A DNA stretch of 64,000 bases. Origin: Octopus sinensis. Taxonomy: Eukaryota. A program made the position numbers and the translations under genes. The stretch covers positions 4,526,001 to 4,590,000 of the forward strand of contig NC_043001.1 of the NCBI RefSeq assembly GCF_006345805.1. Direction: 5' to 3'. Below, one piece after another: positions 52,128 to 64,000 of this stretch (position 1 is the first letter of the stretch; the number at the start of each line of letters is the position of its first letter). Under the pieces are notes generated by a model. That model did no database searches and was not told the DNA's origin. It was given only the letters and a program-made list of their open reading frames with translations.

Positions 52128-53176
52128 AGTATATATTTTGTATTTTTGATTTTTGATTTTGATTTTGACTCATGAGCGCTACGATGGATTTTGATTCTGT
52201 TTCCAAGCTACACGGATATTAATCCGTATAGCAAAGTCTTATGTTTCTACATATATATTAGGAAAAACCTACAAACTTTGTTTTCATGTTATTGTATTGC
52301 ATAGGATTACCTTGATTATTTATATTACCTTGATTATTTATAAATGACCCAAAATAGGATGTTATATTTTATTTTATATGTCTTTCGTATATATTTTTAT
52401 TAATGTACCCATTTTTTAAAAGCAATGTTTTTTTTTAAAAAAAAGCAATGTTGTCAAAATTAGAATGTTTATATAAGTATGTGTATAGCAAAGCATATGT
52501 ATTTGTAAGCATACGTATCTGTGTATGTGTAAGTGAAAGTATGCTTGTGCTTAAGCACACATATACACGACGGTATGTATATGTATCCATTCAAACTTGT
52601 GTATGTATACTGGTCTCTATAGATGCCAATAACATCGTTACAAGTTTTTTCCTCACCCATCCTTCGTTCCTTTTTCTCTCTTTCCCTTTCTTTCGTTCCC
52701 CCTCCTTGCTCAGTATATGAGCATTGCTACATAGATGAATTTTAGCTTGCGTGCGAGACGGTTTGCGTGAATATATGTACACATGCTTTTATGTGTATAT
52801 TTAGATTCATATTCATACGTCTGTATATGTATGTATGGCGTTTACGCGCATCCTTTTGTGTATGTTGATATATATATATGTAGATTTTAATATAAATATG
52901 TACTGCAGTATTTATAACAGGTTTAATTTCTATGCATTAATTTGCACTGTCTTCATTAACGGCAATAGGTTTTTTCCTCGGTTTTTTCCTCGGATTTTAT
53001 AATTTTTATAAGTTTTTTTTATATATATATACATATATTTTTGACCTTTTTGTTTATCGCTCGAAGATTGACCGTTTTTTCTAAAGGGCCAATCAAACAA
53101 GTCCATTTCTTTTTAAAGGTGTAGCGTTTGTAAGAGTATAGATTTAATTGATATATAAGTTCCATTCTAGCAAAAA

Positions 53177-53214
53177 CTGTCTGATGAACGGCAACGAGAA
53201 ACTCAGAGTAACAG
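53177..53214 (+). ncRNA. Minimal type I hammerhead ribozyme, intact core
   Basis: cugu-CUGAUGA-A CG gcaa CG A-GAAA-CUC a GAG-UA-acag; predicted cleavage after 53210. Confidence 0.85.
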
Positions 53215-55346
53215 ATTTTGTTGAATTTTCTGCTGCTTAAAATAAAGTATATATATATATATATATATATTAATTAGTGTCTCGTATGTATTTCGCAATA
53301 AATGTTGTCGATGTCTTTTTGAAATAAGTTGTAAATAATTTCAAGATGAAAATAAGGATTGATATGTATGTAGATACCAATGTTTTTCTTCCCACCATTT
53401 TTATGTGAAGCAATTAACGAGATTTATGGAAACATTGCGCTAGTCAATATGCTCATTGTATTAAAAGGATCGTCAACTATTTCTAGGGAAATCAATTTGA
53501 TCTGCCTTGATTACGTCTACATTATCTCTCTCTCCATTACGACAACCGTTTAAGCCTTCTCCTAAATAAGAATTTTCTATGCAGTAAATGTTAGAACGCA
53601 TAACTTCAGTAGCACCCAACACTTTTCACACAAACATCTACTGTCGAACTAAATTGAAAGCGCCATTAAATCATGAAACGCGCAGGATTGATTTCAGAAT
53701 TAAATTCAGCCAAGTAATTAAAGAGTAGAAAATGTGAGTACAAGGTTACAGCCAGAATGTAAACGATCCAAAAGCATATTTTCTTTCTGGGCAATGTTCA
53801 CAAGCAATATACATAAATCTTAATAATTCTCTTAATCTGACCGTAATTAAGCGCTAATTGTTGAACGTTCTTACTCTTGGAAGTACTGGATAGCGCAAAA
53901 AAATGCTGTGAGCAGGTTAAACCCTTTCTATATTATATAATTCAACGGAATTCCTTAGGGTGATATTGTGGACGTTATTGAACACAGGAATAGGCCGAAG
54001 GGTGCCTGTTACATCTACATATGTATCACACCCCACATTTGACATGCTACCTCAGTAATGCTGACTTGAGATATTAGATTGGAAAGATTATAGGGGCATG
54101 GGGATCGAAATCCCCCACAAATATAAGTAGAGACGTGTATGAAATGAGGGTAAACAATCTTAAGGCTCTATAAGATGTAATATGAGATACGTGAGAAATT
54201 TAGGGACGGGCATTGAGTGTTAAGGATAAACACGTGAAGGCTTTTATATTTGCCAATATCACGATGTTTCCCAATATATTTATGAGAAAATTAATAGAAT
54301 TTCCTTGAAAAGAGTACAAATGAACGGTTCTTTCGGAACACAATAAATATTTTTTCTCTTTAAAATAAAATTGTCTTCTGATGTTATACAGTGATTTTTA
54401 CATTCACGATGGAACAATGCAACATTTTAAGTAATCATTTTTGAAAGTATTGCTTCTATATTTCTAACTATCTCTTTATCTATAGATTCATGTATGTATG
54501 TATCTACATGTATATAAATGCACACACACACACTCGTATAAGGGAAAGTATATACATATATTCACGGATATAATATATAAAGTTTTGTTGTTCATATTGC
54601 TATTGTGTCATGAGATAATAAGCAAACTTTAAGCTTTAAAGAAAAATAAATAAATTTCTTATACAATCAGAGTATTTAATTCAAATTCTCCACGTCCAGC
54701 CAATTACTGACAATACCCCATGCAGCTTATATGAAATCATTTTTAAAATTTTAAATATTTCATGTCGAGTCCAACGTAGCTCTCTGCATTGTTTTCTCTT
54801 TCTCCTGTTGATTTCTATTTCGATCGTGTATGATTATATTAAACATATTATATATATCAGGTGGATCTAACAGAGAAATAGAAAATAATGTGCATAAAAT
54901 TTCCCGAAAAAATTATTTCCTCATATTTTTTAATACAAATAAATTTCATTTCTTTGCAGAAAAGATAATGATTGTCTGCAAACTCCTTATTTTTAAGAAT
55001 GTCAATTTATGACTTGTTAAGACAAAATACCCAGCTGAAATATTTTAGACGTTTATCAACGGTTAATTTTTCAATATTCTTTGAATCTCAGAACTGAAAG
55101 AAATGAAGATAGATCCATATATAACTTAGAAGTGCTTGCCTGGTTATTGTTGTTGTTTAATCTTCACATGATGTCCGCATTCTCCAATCACACTATCGAT
55201 CTAATGCTTGGTTAACACATGAAATATTTTCTAGGTATATATATATATATATAATATATATATATAGGTACTGTAAAGTTAGGGTGAATATTTGATAAGT
55301 GTAAGCACCTGTGTATGCCAGATAGTGGCAGAGTTGAAAGAGAATG

Positions 55347-55518
55347 TATCAAATAAAATTAAAAACAGAACACAAAGTATATCGCGGTACACGTGTTTCA
55401 AGCTTTATAAATAATCCGTTATATCAATAATACACTGATGTAATAACGGATTATTTATAAAGCTTGAAACACGTGTACCGCGATATCCTTTGTGTTCTGT
55501 TTTTAATTTTACTTGATA
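55347..55518. repeat. 76-bp fold-back palindrome, 20-nt loop, inside a PLE-type repeat (55265-55520)
   Basis: 55347-55422 is the reverse complement of 55443-55518 with 2 mismatches; homologous to 61735-62020. Confidence 0.95.
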
Positions 55519-55520
55519 TC

Positions 55521-55590
<70 letters not shown>

Positions 55591-56934
55591 CATTAGCTAA
55601 TAGGCAATTTAATTATTAGAGGCAAATTGACTGCATATTCTGGCAGAGAGAATCATCACTTACAATCTTCTTGTATCTTTTAAGTTTCTTTGCTCTGACA
55701 ATTGCTCCTGTGATATTTACATATTTATAACCCTTATTGATATTAGATCTGCTCACGTAATATCTATCATTTGGATAATCATTGCCTTCAACAATGAATG
55801 TATTACAAGTGTTCATAAAAGCATTACTAATTTATAAGGTGCGGCAAATAAGGTGGCTGTGTAACAATTGATACTTCGTCAATTGTCGTTTATAAAGTTG
55901 TTGGTATATCGATTGCTGATGCTGAGTGTAATGCGAGGGCAAGAGAAAAAGATCGAATGTAAAGATGCACTTACCAAGGAACCATAAAATATGAGTGAAA
56001 GTTTTTATAAATCATTTACTACAAGAACGTGGACAAAATTTATATAGAAAAATTGCATGTCGAGAGACCTGAGCAGTTTTTTTATGAATACCCCGGAAAA
56101 TTTAGAGGCGTCAATTTCTGAAATAAAATGAAGAGAATTTAATGCTGTGAGTGGTGCATGAGCTTGGTTGTGAAGAAGGATAATACAGAAAGAATGAACT
56201 AAATATCATTCTTTCTTGAAAGAATGGAAGCATTCGTTCCTCTTCATTGCAGACGGAAAGACGAATATGGTTTATGTATTTCATGGTGACATTTCAACTG
56301 AACCTCTGCTTGTCTGTATGTTTCTCTCCCTGTCAGGTTCCTAGCAATGAAATATATATACACATACATATCATATATATGATGATCATAAGAACATATT
56401 TTGAGGATTTGATAAAGTTGTCAATAATTTTAATACAATGGGCATATTAACTAGCGCAATGTTTCTATAAATCTTGCTATTTGCTTCACATAAATACCAA
56501 TCCTTACAGTCACCGCAACGGACCAAGCGTAGAAAAGATGCTTCAACCCTTTAGCTACGTAAGTGAAGTATTATAGGTCCCTACAAATCCCACATCCAGA
56601 CGAAAACTGCTCTCATGAAACACATGGAATCACTCTAATAAAGTTTCAAGAACGATCGAGCGGGATTCACTCAGCTCCAAAAACGCGACCTTTAAAAGTA
56701 TTCACTGTGCCTCTTTCTCAGCATGTAAAGAAAACGTCACGACCAAATTTTGTGTTCATGCATACAGTGCCGATACGAAAAGAGGTGACGGAGACCGATA
56801 GTTCATGCTTGACGTAGTCTTCAGCTTTGAAATTACAAGAAGGATAACATTGTATGAATATTGATATTAAGCTGTGTTTGTGTCAAAGGTCAATCATTTA
56901 TGCAACGAGAAATCAGACGTAGTATGCGTGTATG

Positions 56935-57226
56935 CACTGGCAGACTAGGTTTTGATAGGTTTTAAAATATTGGTTGCCAGGAGACTAAGGGGGCCCACCC
57001 GTAAATACAATGCTATCATTTAATCTTTTTTGTTTGTTTTTGTTAAAAGTATTCTTTTCAAATGTCTACAAATACAACCAGGCTCAAATAATTAATGCAT
57101 CTGTCCAAGAATGAATAAAACATATTCAGACCTAAGGGAATGGGCCTCTTAGATACTAGCTTGGACCCCCATATATGGATTCTTATGGCGCAGAGGTCCA
57201 CTTGCTATCGGGCAAGTCCGCCACTG
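56935..57226. mobile_element. Possible MITE with CAGTGGCGGAC-type ends
   Basis: Right end agtccgccactg; the left end cactgggcagacta is degenerate; no clean TSD. Confidence 0.35.
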
Positions 57227-57228
57227 TA

Positions 57229-57307
<79 letters not shown>

Positions 57308-59042
57308 CACATATATGCATACAAACTAACATAAATACAAAGATATTCGCAGAAGCTCACAAACACATACTACCACACCAATTCATGTTTACGAAAAGGA
57401 AAAAGTAGAATGATAAACAACTACAAAATGGAACAGGCAGAAAGAGACGGAGTGATTGAGGAGTGATAAGTATAACGGACCAGTAAGGCCATCTAAGGAA
57501 GCCAGTTACGAATGAATTACATCTCGATGGAAATGCTAGACATAGCTAATGCAAGTGAAAAGGAATTTAGAAAGCGTTACTTAACCCAGAAAGGAAGATT
57601 TTAAAGTATATATGATAAGAATGTAAATTTAGATTTATCTCATAACAATGATAGTAGGGCTTTGACCTTGTTTCTGATTGTACTTAAGTACTGACGCATT
57701 CTGTTCAAATTACCTTACAACATTTAGCTAATATAATTTTTTAATGTTATTTTCCGAAAGAATATAATAAAAATGAATATATTCGTGGTATTAATGTAAC
57801 TCTGTACTTGACTGTTACGTGAAAGTTAGCTATATCTTTATCAAATAAGTTCTATATAATTATTAACATATAAAATAGAAAAACATCGCTAAAATCTTAT
57901 TGAAGTCTTTCATTATATCTCTGGGCTTTGAATACGTTGTTCAAATCATAAAGTTTGATGATCATAAGAACATATATTGAGAATCTGATAAAGTCTGACC
58001 AGCCTGGCAGCTTGTAATAAATATTGGCACAACATTATTTATGACAGGATATTACACTACTGTCGTTGGAAAAATCTCTGTTGATCTTGGCCTGAGGTTT
58101 CCAGTTCAACTAAAGGAAATATTGTCTCCTCTGAACTCTGCTTTGAATAAATCCTTTAGCAAGTAACCTTTCTGACCTCCTTTCAAATAATCATGTGTCA
58201 TAGGATATTATGAGAGAATCCATTTAGCAAGTCGTCTTTAACTAATTATATTTCTACCAACACTGATACAATGGCGTAAAGACTCAGAGGGCGTAATGTG
58301 ATATTAGATTTCGTGTTTTTTAATGGATATTAATATAAAACGAATCATTATGTGGATCAAAATATTATGCGATGCGGTCTCGATAATTTAACAAAATTGT
58401 CACTCAAATGAAATTTTGATTTAAACATATGATTTCAAATTTTATAATGAGATACATTTATTTCACAAGTCATGAGTAATAAATTATCGTGTTACACCGA
58501 TTTAAATACGTAGCTATTTAATATATTTTAAAAATATATCGTGCCTTGTTTTCAATTCGTTTAGTATAATAAATTTGAATTTTAACTTAATTTCTTCCCT
58601 GAAATAACGTCCCAAAGAAGCATCAGAAAATATAATTTTCATTCTCATGATACTATATTCTTGTAACTCCATAACCGAACCAATATATGTTGACATACGG
58701 TGAATATTATTTGTGTTATAGATAAAACATTTGTGGTCGTTAATATTCTAATACGAGTATAATATTTATTTAATGGTGCTGTTGATTCAGTCAGAGACTT
58801 TGAGATATTATTTATTAACTTTCATTATATTATTGACAACACATAAACTTAAATCAGTGGAGAAATAAATCAATTGAGTAATTCATCAGTTAGTTGAGAT
58901 TCACTGTTTTATGGATTGTCTGCTTTGAAAATAAAGCACAACTTCAGGAGGAGTGATTTATTTCAGTTTCAACATTCTTACTTTCAATTATAAATCGAAG
59001 AGTGGGGAGTGCGACGCAGTAAATGATATTATATAAAGCATT

Positions 59043-59279
59043 GAAGGCGGCGAGCTGGCAGGAACGTTAGCACGCCGGGCGAAATGCTTAGCGGTATTTC
59101 GTCTGCCGTTACGTTCTGAGTTCAAATTCCGCCGAGGTCCACTTTGCCTTTCATCCATTCGGGGTCGGTAAAATTAAGTACCAGTTACGCACTGGGGTCG
59201 ATATAATCGATTTAACACATTTGTCTATCCTTGTTTGCCATCTCTGTGTTTAGCCCCTTGTGTGAAGTAAAGGAATAGG
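59043..59279 (+). mobile_element. SINE family B monomer with 16-bp target-site duplication
   Basis: TATTATATAAAGCATT at 59027-59042 and 59280-59295; B-box-like gagttcaaattcc. Confidence 0.95.
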
Positions 59280-59890
59280 TATTATATAAAGCATTCTCTG
59301 GACTTGGCCAGGTTTGAATATATGCAAACAGCTGACATATAATTTGTGTCTGCAAAATAGTAATTTATATAATTGTATTTTTCTTGGCATGCAAATCATA
59401 CGCTACGCCATAATGTCAGACAGACGTATTATCCCCTTACATTAAAAAATGTCCAATGGGCACCATCGAACAAACAAGATTATTGTTTTAAGCCAATTAA
59501 CTATAAAAACATAATTTCCGAGGGGAAACATCCAAATGGTATGGATACTTGGATAAAGATGTAGACTTCGTTAGAAGAGACATCTATTTCTGGATCTCGA
59601 GATCTTATTTCATACGTAGATCTATTTAATTTCACTTGTCAGCACAATTATTTTGTCCACAATTAAACAAGCTCTTCTTGTCTTGAAGTCTTATGAATTC
59701 AAAAACAAACTGAATAACAAAGGATATGTAAAATATGAATACGGTTTATATGTAATGAATTGAATTACGTTATCGTTCATTGTAGAGTCGTGTAACTTCG
59801 GTAGTTACAGTTTGTTGATGTAATTTCAGGTAAGTAGGCGCTCACAAAATAAACATGTGCCTTGCAAATTTGACTAGGTTTCGACGGAAA

Positions 59891-60050
59891 GGGGCGGCGT
59901 AGTTGGCTGGTAAGAAACTTGCTTCCCAGTCATATAGTTCCAGGTTCAGTCCTACTGCGGGTAACATTGACTAGGTATTTCCTCCTATAGTATCGGCCCA
60001 ACAAAATTTTGCGAGTTGATCTATTATACAGAAAATAAAAAGAAGATTAA
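59891..60050 (+). mobile_element. Degenerate SINE family A head
   Basis: ggctggtaagaaacttgcttcc...ccaggttcagtcctactgcg. Confidence 0.6.
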
Positions 60051-61734
60051 TATGTATTTGTGTGTGTAATTTATTAGTAATGCAATGTTATGCTTACTTT
60101 TAAACCAGTATATGCTAATAGGTTACTATTTCTGTTAGTCTAGAAATCGTCGAGAAAAAATTAGAACGAATCGTATAAACCGATCTTATCGCACTGTTAA
60201 ATAGCACCTCCCTTCTCGCATCATAAAGTAATGAATTAAATGTTTGGCAGTTCAAATATCTGGTTAGCGACGTTCTTTGGTATCCATTTATTGACCGGAT
60301 GTCAATTTGTAGTGTACTTCGTCTGGTCCGAGTTGATGACTGGTGAAAATGTATTTATCGACCTCCGTGAAGAAGTAACTGACGACACCCGCACCCAATT
60401 AACATAAGATGCTTTGTATTGCACATAGTGACACAATGTGCTTGTATTTTACAAATAACAAGATCCATAAGTACATCTTCAGACATACATAATGCTTGGA
60501 GTTTACGACAAGCGTAGAGAGATCGTAGTTTGTAGCTGGCCCAACGTAAGTAAGAAACATTATACTCTGTTCGTGATGACAAAGTTTCCTGCCAACAGAT
60601 GGGACATCTGCCTCAGCATACTGCAACTCCAGGGCCCTCTAAAAACATGCTTTTTATAGGATACAAGGTATAGATTCTAGAAGAAAGTATCGTGCTGAGG
60701 CTTGACGCTGGTTGGATGCTTCAGAGACAGATCACTCAAAAGCCCTGTGGTTTGTTCGTTATGTACAACCAGTTACCTTGTGTTTCGGTTTCGAATCACC
60801 ATTACAGCCGTAACTGGCCATATACAATTTACCAACTTATTTTTCTGATCCCAAGCAAAGAAATTTTAAATATTTTGATTTAGAGATTTGCTCCATCAGC
60901 TATTTGTATTTTCATTTTACTTTCCACTGACTTACTACTGAGAGACTGAATTTAAAGCACGATAGAGAAAGGACGAGAGAGAGAGAGAAACAGAGAAGTG
61001 AAGATGGAGAGAAAGAGAGAGAGAGAATGATGAAGAAACGAAAGGCTTATGAATGTGGAATAAGATGAATGTCACAAATAATTTTACTATATTATTCCCA
61101 AAATATCAAAGCATTTAGATATCAAATCAAATTCTAAATCTTAAAATATCCATTATTTAATTACCTATAATATTTCTACGTTTAAATGCGATTTAGAGTT
61201 CTCTATATATTAGCTTTACTAGGATAATACAATGTGTTATCAAGAAATCTTCCAAGGTAACACATTTGAAATAGGTTTTTAAAAAATATCGTTACTTTAA
61301 AGTTAATCATTTATCAATATTTCAGAGAGACATTCACATACGGCAATAAATTTAGTTATTGTTTCGCGTTAGTTTAATCTTTTCTTTATTTTTCTGATTT
61401 GATGAAACTGATCGTATCGTAGAGAAGAGAAATATAATTTAAAGGAGAATGAATATTTACAAGAAATAAATTGTTCGTTGTTGGAGACATGACTCATAAT
61501 AATTCTGAGGTAAGTTAGCTTGTATGAATATTAAATGGAATTTATTGAACGAAATAAATATTTCCAAATTCTGCAGAATCGTCGTTGACTGACTCATTAA
61601 ATGTTGCTTGTTAGCTTATTTTACCATTTCTTTACGGCTGCATTGCACTTGTAATCGCTTCACTGGGTAACATAATATTTATATATACATATTTGTGAGT
61701 GTGTGTGTTTGTATATATGTATATATATCAAATT

Positions 61735-62379
<645 letters not shown>

Positions 62380-62385
<6 letters not shown>

Positions 62386-62650
62386 AGATATAAAGTTAGA
62401 CGGATAGATGTATCCGTAGGCACACCTGATGTATTACCTCAGTATGCATGGTCCTTGTTATAAGGTATACGGTAGTAGGTTATTTAAAGGCAAGACAGTG
62501 TATTAGTTTGGCACTGGGGAAAGTGAAAATGTCATGTCATTCACGTTTCGAGCCTACACTTTTCAAGAGAAAGGAATAGCAAAAAAATATACAGAGAGAT
62601 AATGAAAAACAATAGTAGATTTCAACGGTCCACACGAGTGAGAGGACAAT
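62380..62650 (-). mobile_element. PLE-type repeat fragments (similar to 34884-35010 and 40885-41100)
   Basis: atggtccttgttataaggtatacgg is shared with about 34960; cgtttcgagcctacac is an H1-like motif. Confidence 0.5.
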
Positions 62651-64000
62651 GGAAAGAATGAGGCACTCAACACAACATTTAAATCATACTAAACGTGTCT
62701 GTATGTGCACACACACGCACACATTTATATATACACATGCATATATGCAGAAATACACATACATGCATATACAGAGAGAGAGAGAGAGAGTGAAGGAGAG
62801 AGACAGACAGGCAGATACAGAGACTTCCTGTACGGATTACAGTTTGGATAGTGTATAAAACGAACTTATATATTAACTCTTCGTTTTCACTTGCCAATTA
62901 ACTGAAATGGAATAAGTGAACCTTTCCTAAATCCAGTATTGCAAGCATTTTGATTGCAGTGGGTGTAATTGTTGAGGTAATTGAGAGCCAGCTTCCATTG
63001 TACAATACAATAAACATTATGCAGGGAATACATTTTATTATTGCAATGCAACCGAAATAGCGATAAACTTCAGAGAACTCTATATCTATTCACATATTAA
63101 TCATATCACAAATTTCCTCAACGCATACGCACGCGCACACACATAAACATATATATACATACATATAGATATATATGTGTGTGTGTGTGTGTGTGTACGG
63201 ACACAATAATCGTATACGCAAATAACTTTTACATTGAAGATAGCAAAAATGTCTTGCATATGTAATTATACCCATACCGTGCTATAGAAAGAAAAAAGAA
63301 AATATATGCAAATTCACACACACGCACACACGTACACGCACAGACACAGACACACACAGACCTACGTGTATTTATATAAGCCGATTGCAACAGATGCAGA
63401 CAATAGTTATACGCAGAAAATGAAACAAAGGATGCTTGTTATGAGAAAGAAGAATGTGTAATGAAACAAGCTGACATGTACGATCGAAAATAAATGAATA
63501 AATAGACAATGCGATCTTGAAATATTTTTTCTTCTTGCGAACATTGTTCTAAAATGATATAATCTGCATTAACTCTCTCTGTTCTTTGCGTAGTTTTTTT
63601 TTGCTTTACTTTCTTTCAGCTAACCTATTTCTCTCTATATATACACATATTGTTCTTTTAAATAATTATTCTTGGTACAAAAAATAGATGTGATGCTGAA
63701 AATGCTGGCCTGAAAAAAAGATTTTCTGTAGTAAGCGAAGAAGGAAAATTAAAGCACGAAGCCGAAATATCAGTTCTCCACCCAGAAACAAACAGTAAGA
63801 AAAAACAACAACAAAAGATGCTAAAAAATACATATCGCGAATATAAATATTCAAACTTGAACAAAGTTTAATAGAATTTGTTGTTGAGGAAGTAAAAAAT
63901 TCTGAGAGAAAATTACAAATTGGTATTATCATAGAGTTATTCTCAGTTTAAGTGTGTTCCGTGGAAGGACGTGGAGAGTTAATGACATTCGGCCATTATT

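Larger units (their letters stand above)
50991..53250 (+). mobile_element. 5'-truncated Penelope-like element (Naiad-like) with long 3' UTR
   Basis: RT-GIY-YIG ORF followed by about 1.1 kb ending in a hammerhead, AATAAA and (TA)n. Confidence 0.85.

Noticed and set aside
52128-53170. SECIS element in the PLE 3' UTR
   Set aside because: The retained ORF has no in-frame TGA, and no convincing SECIS fold was seen by eye.
56510-60550. Candidate short host exons with AG...GTAAGT boundaries (about 56509-56558 and 60481-60543)
   Set aside because: No recognisable protein similarity and no partner exons; such matches are expected by chance.

Overview
This is AT-rich, microsatellite-dense animal DNA with no recognisable host protein-coding gene, rRNA, true tRNA or CRISPR array. 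The SINE families and dense (TA)n runs resemble octopod cephalopod DNA (from recollection, not a database hit). The window is largely transposon-derived: several tRNA-headed SINE families, two Tc1 remnants (one DD34E, one DD36E), three mariner remnants, one near full-length CR1/L2-type LINE plus two 3' fragments, and many Penelope-like element (PLE) pieces. Two signals stand out. First, about 15 type-I hammerhead-ribozyme motifs from several unrelated sequence families lie in PLE terminal repeats and mostly point toward a (TA)n run; five have intact cores, others carry family-fixed core substitutions, and several sit in inverted-repeat or fold-back structures. Second, the LINE ORF1 remnant combines a Myb/SANT-like trihelix domain with two CCCH zinc fingers. 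All structures were read by eye; no folding, alignment or database search was run, and repeat boundaries are approximate.
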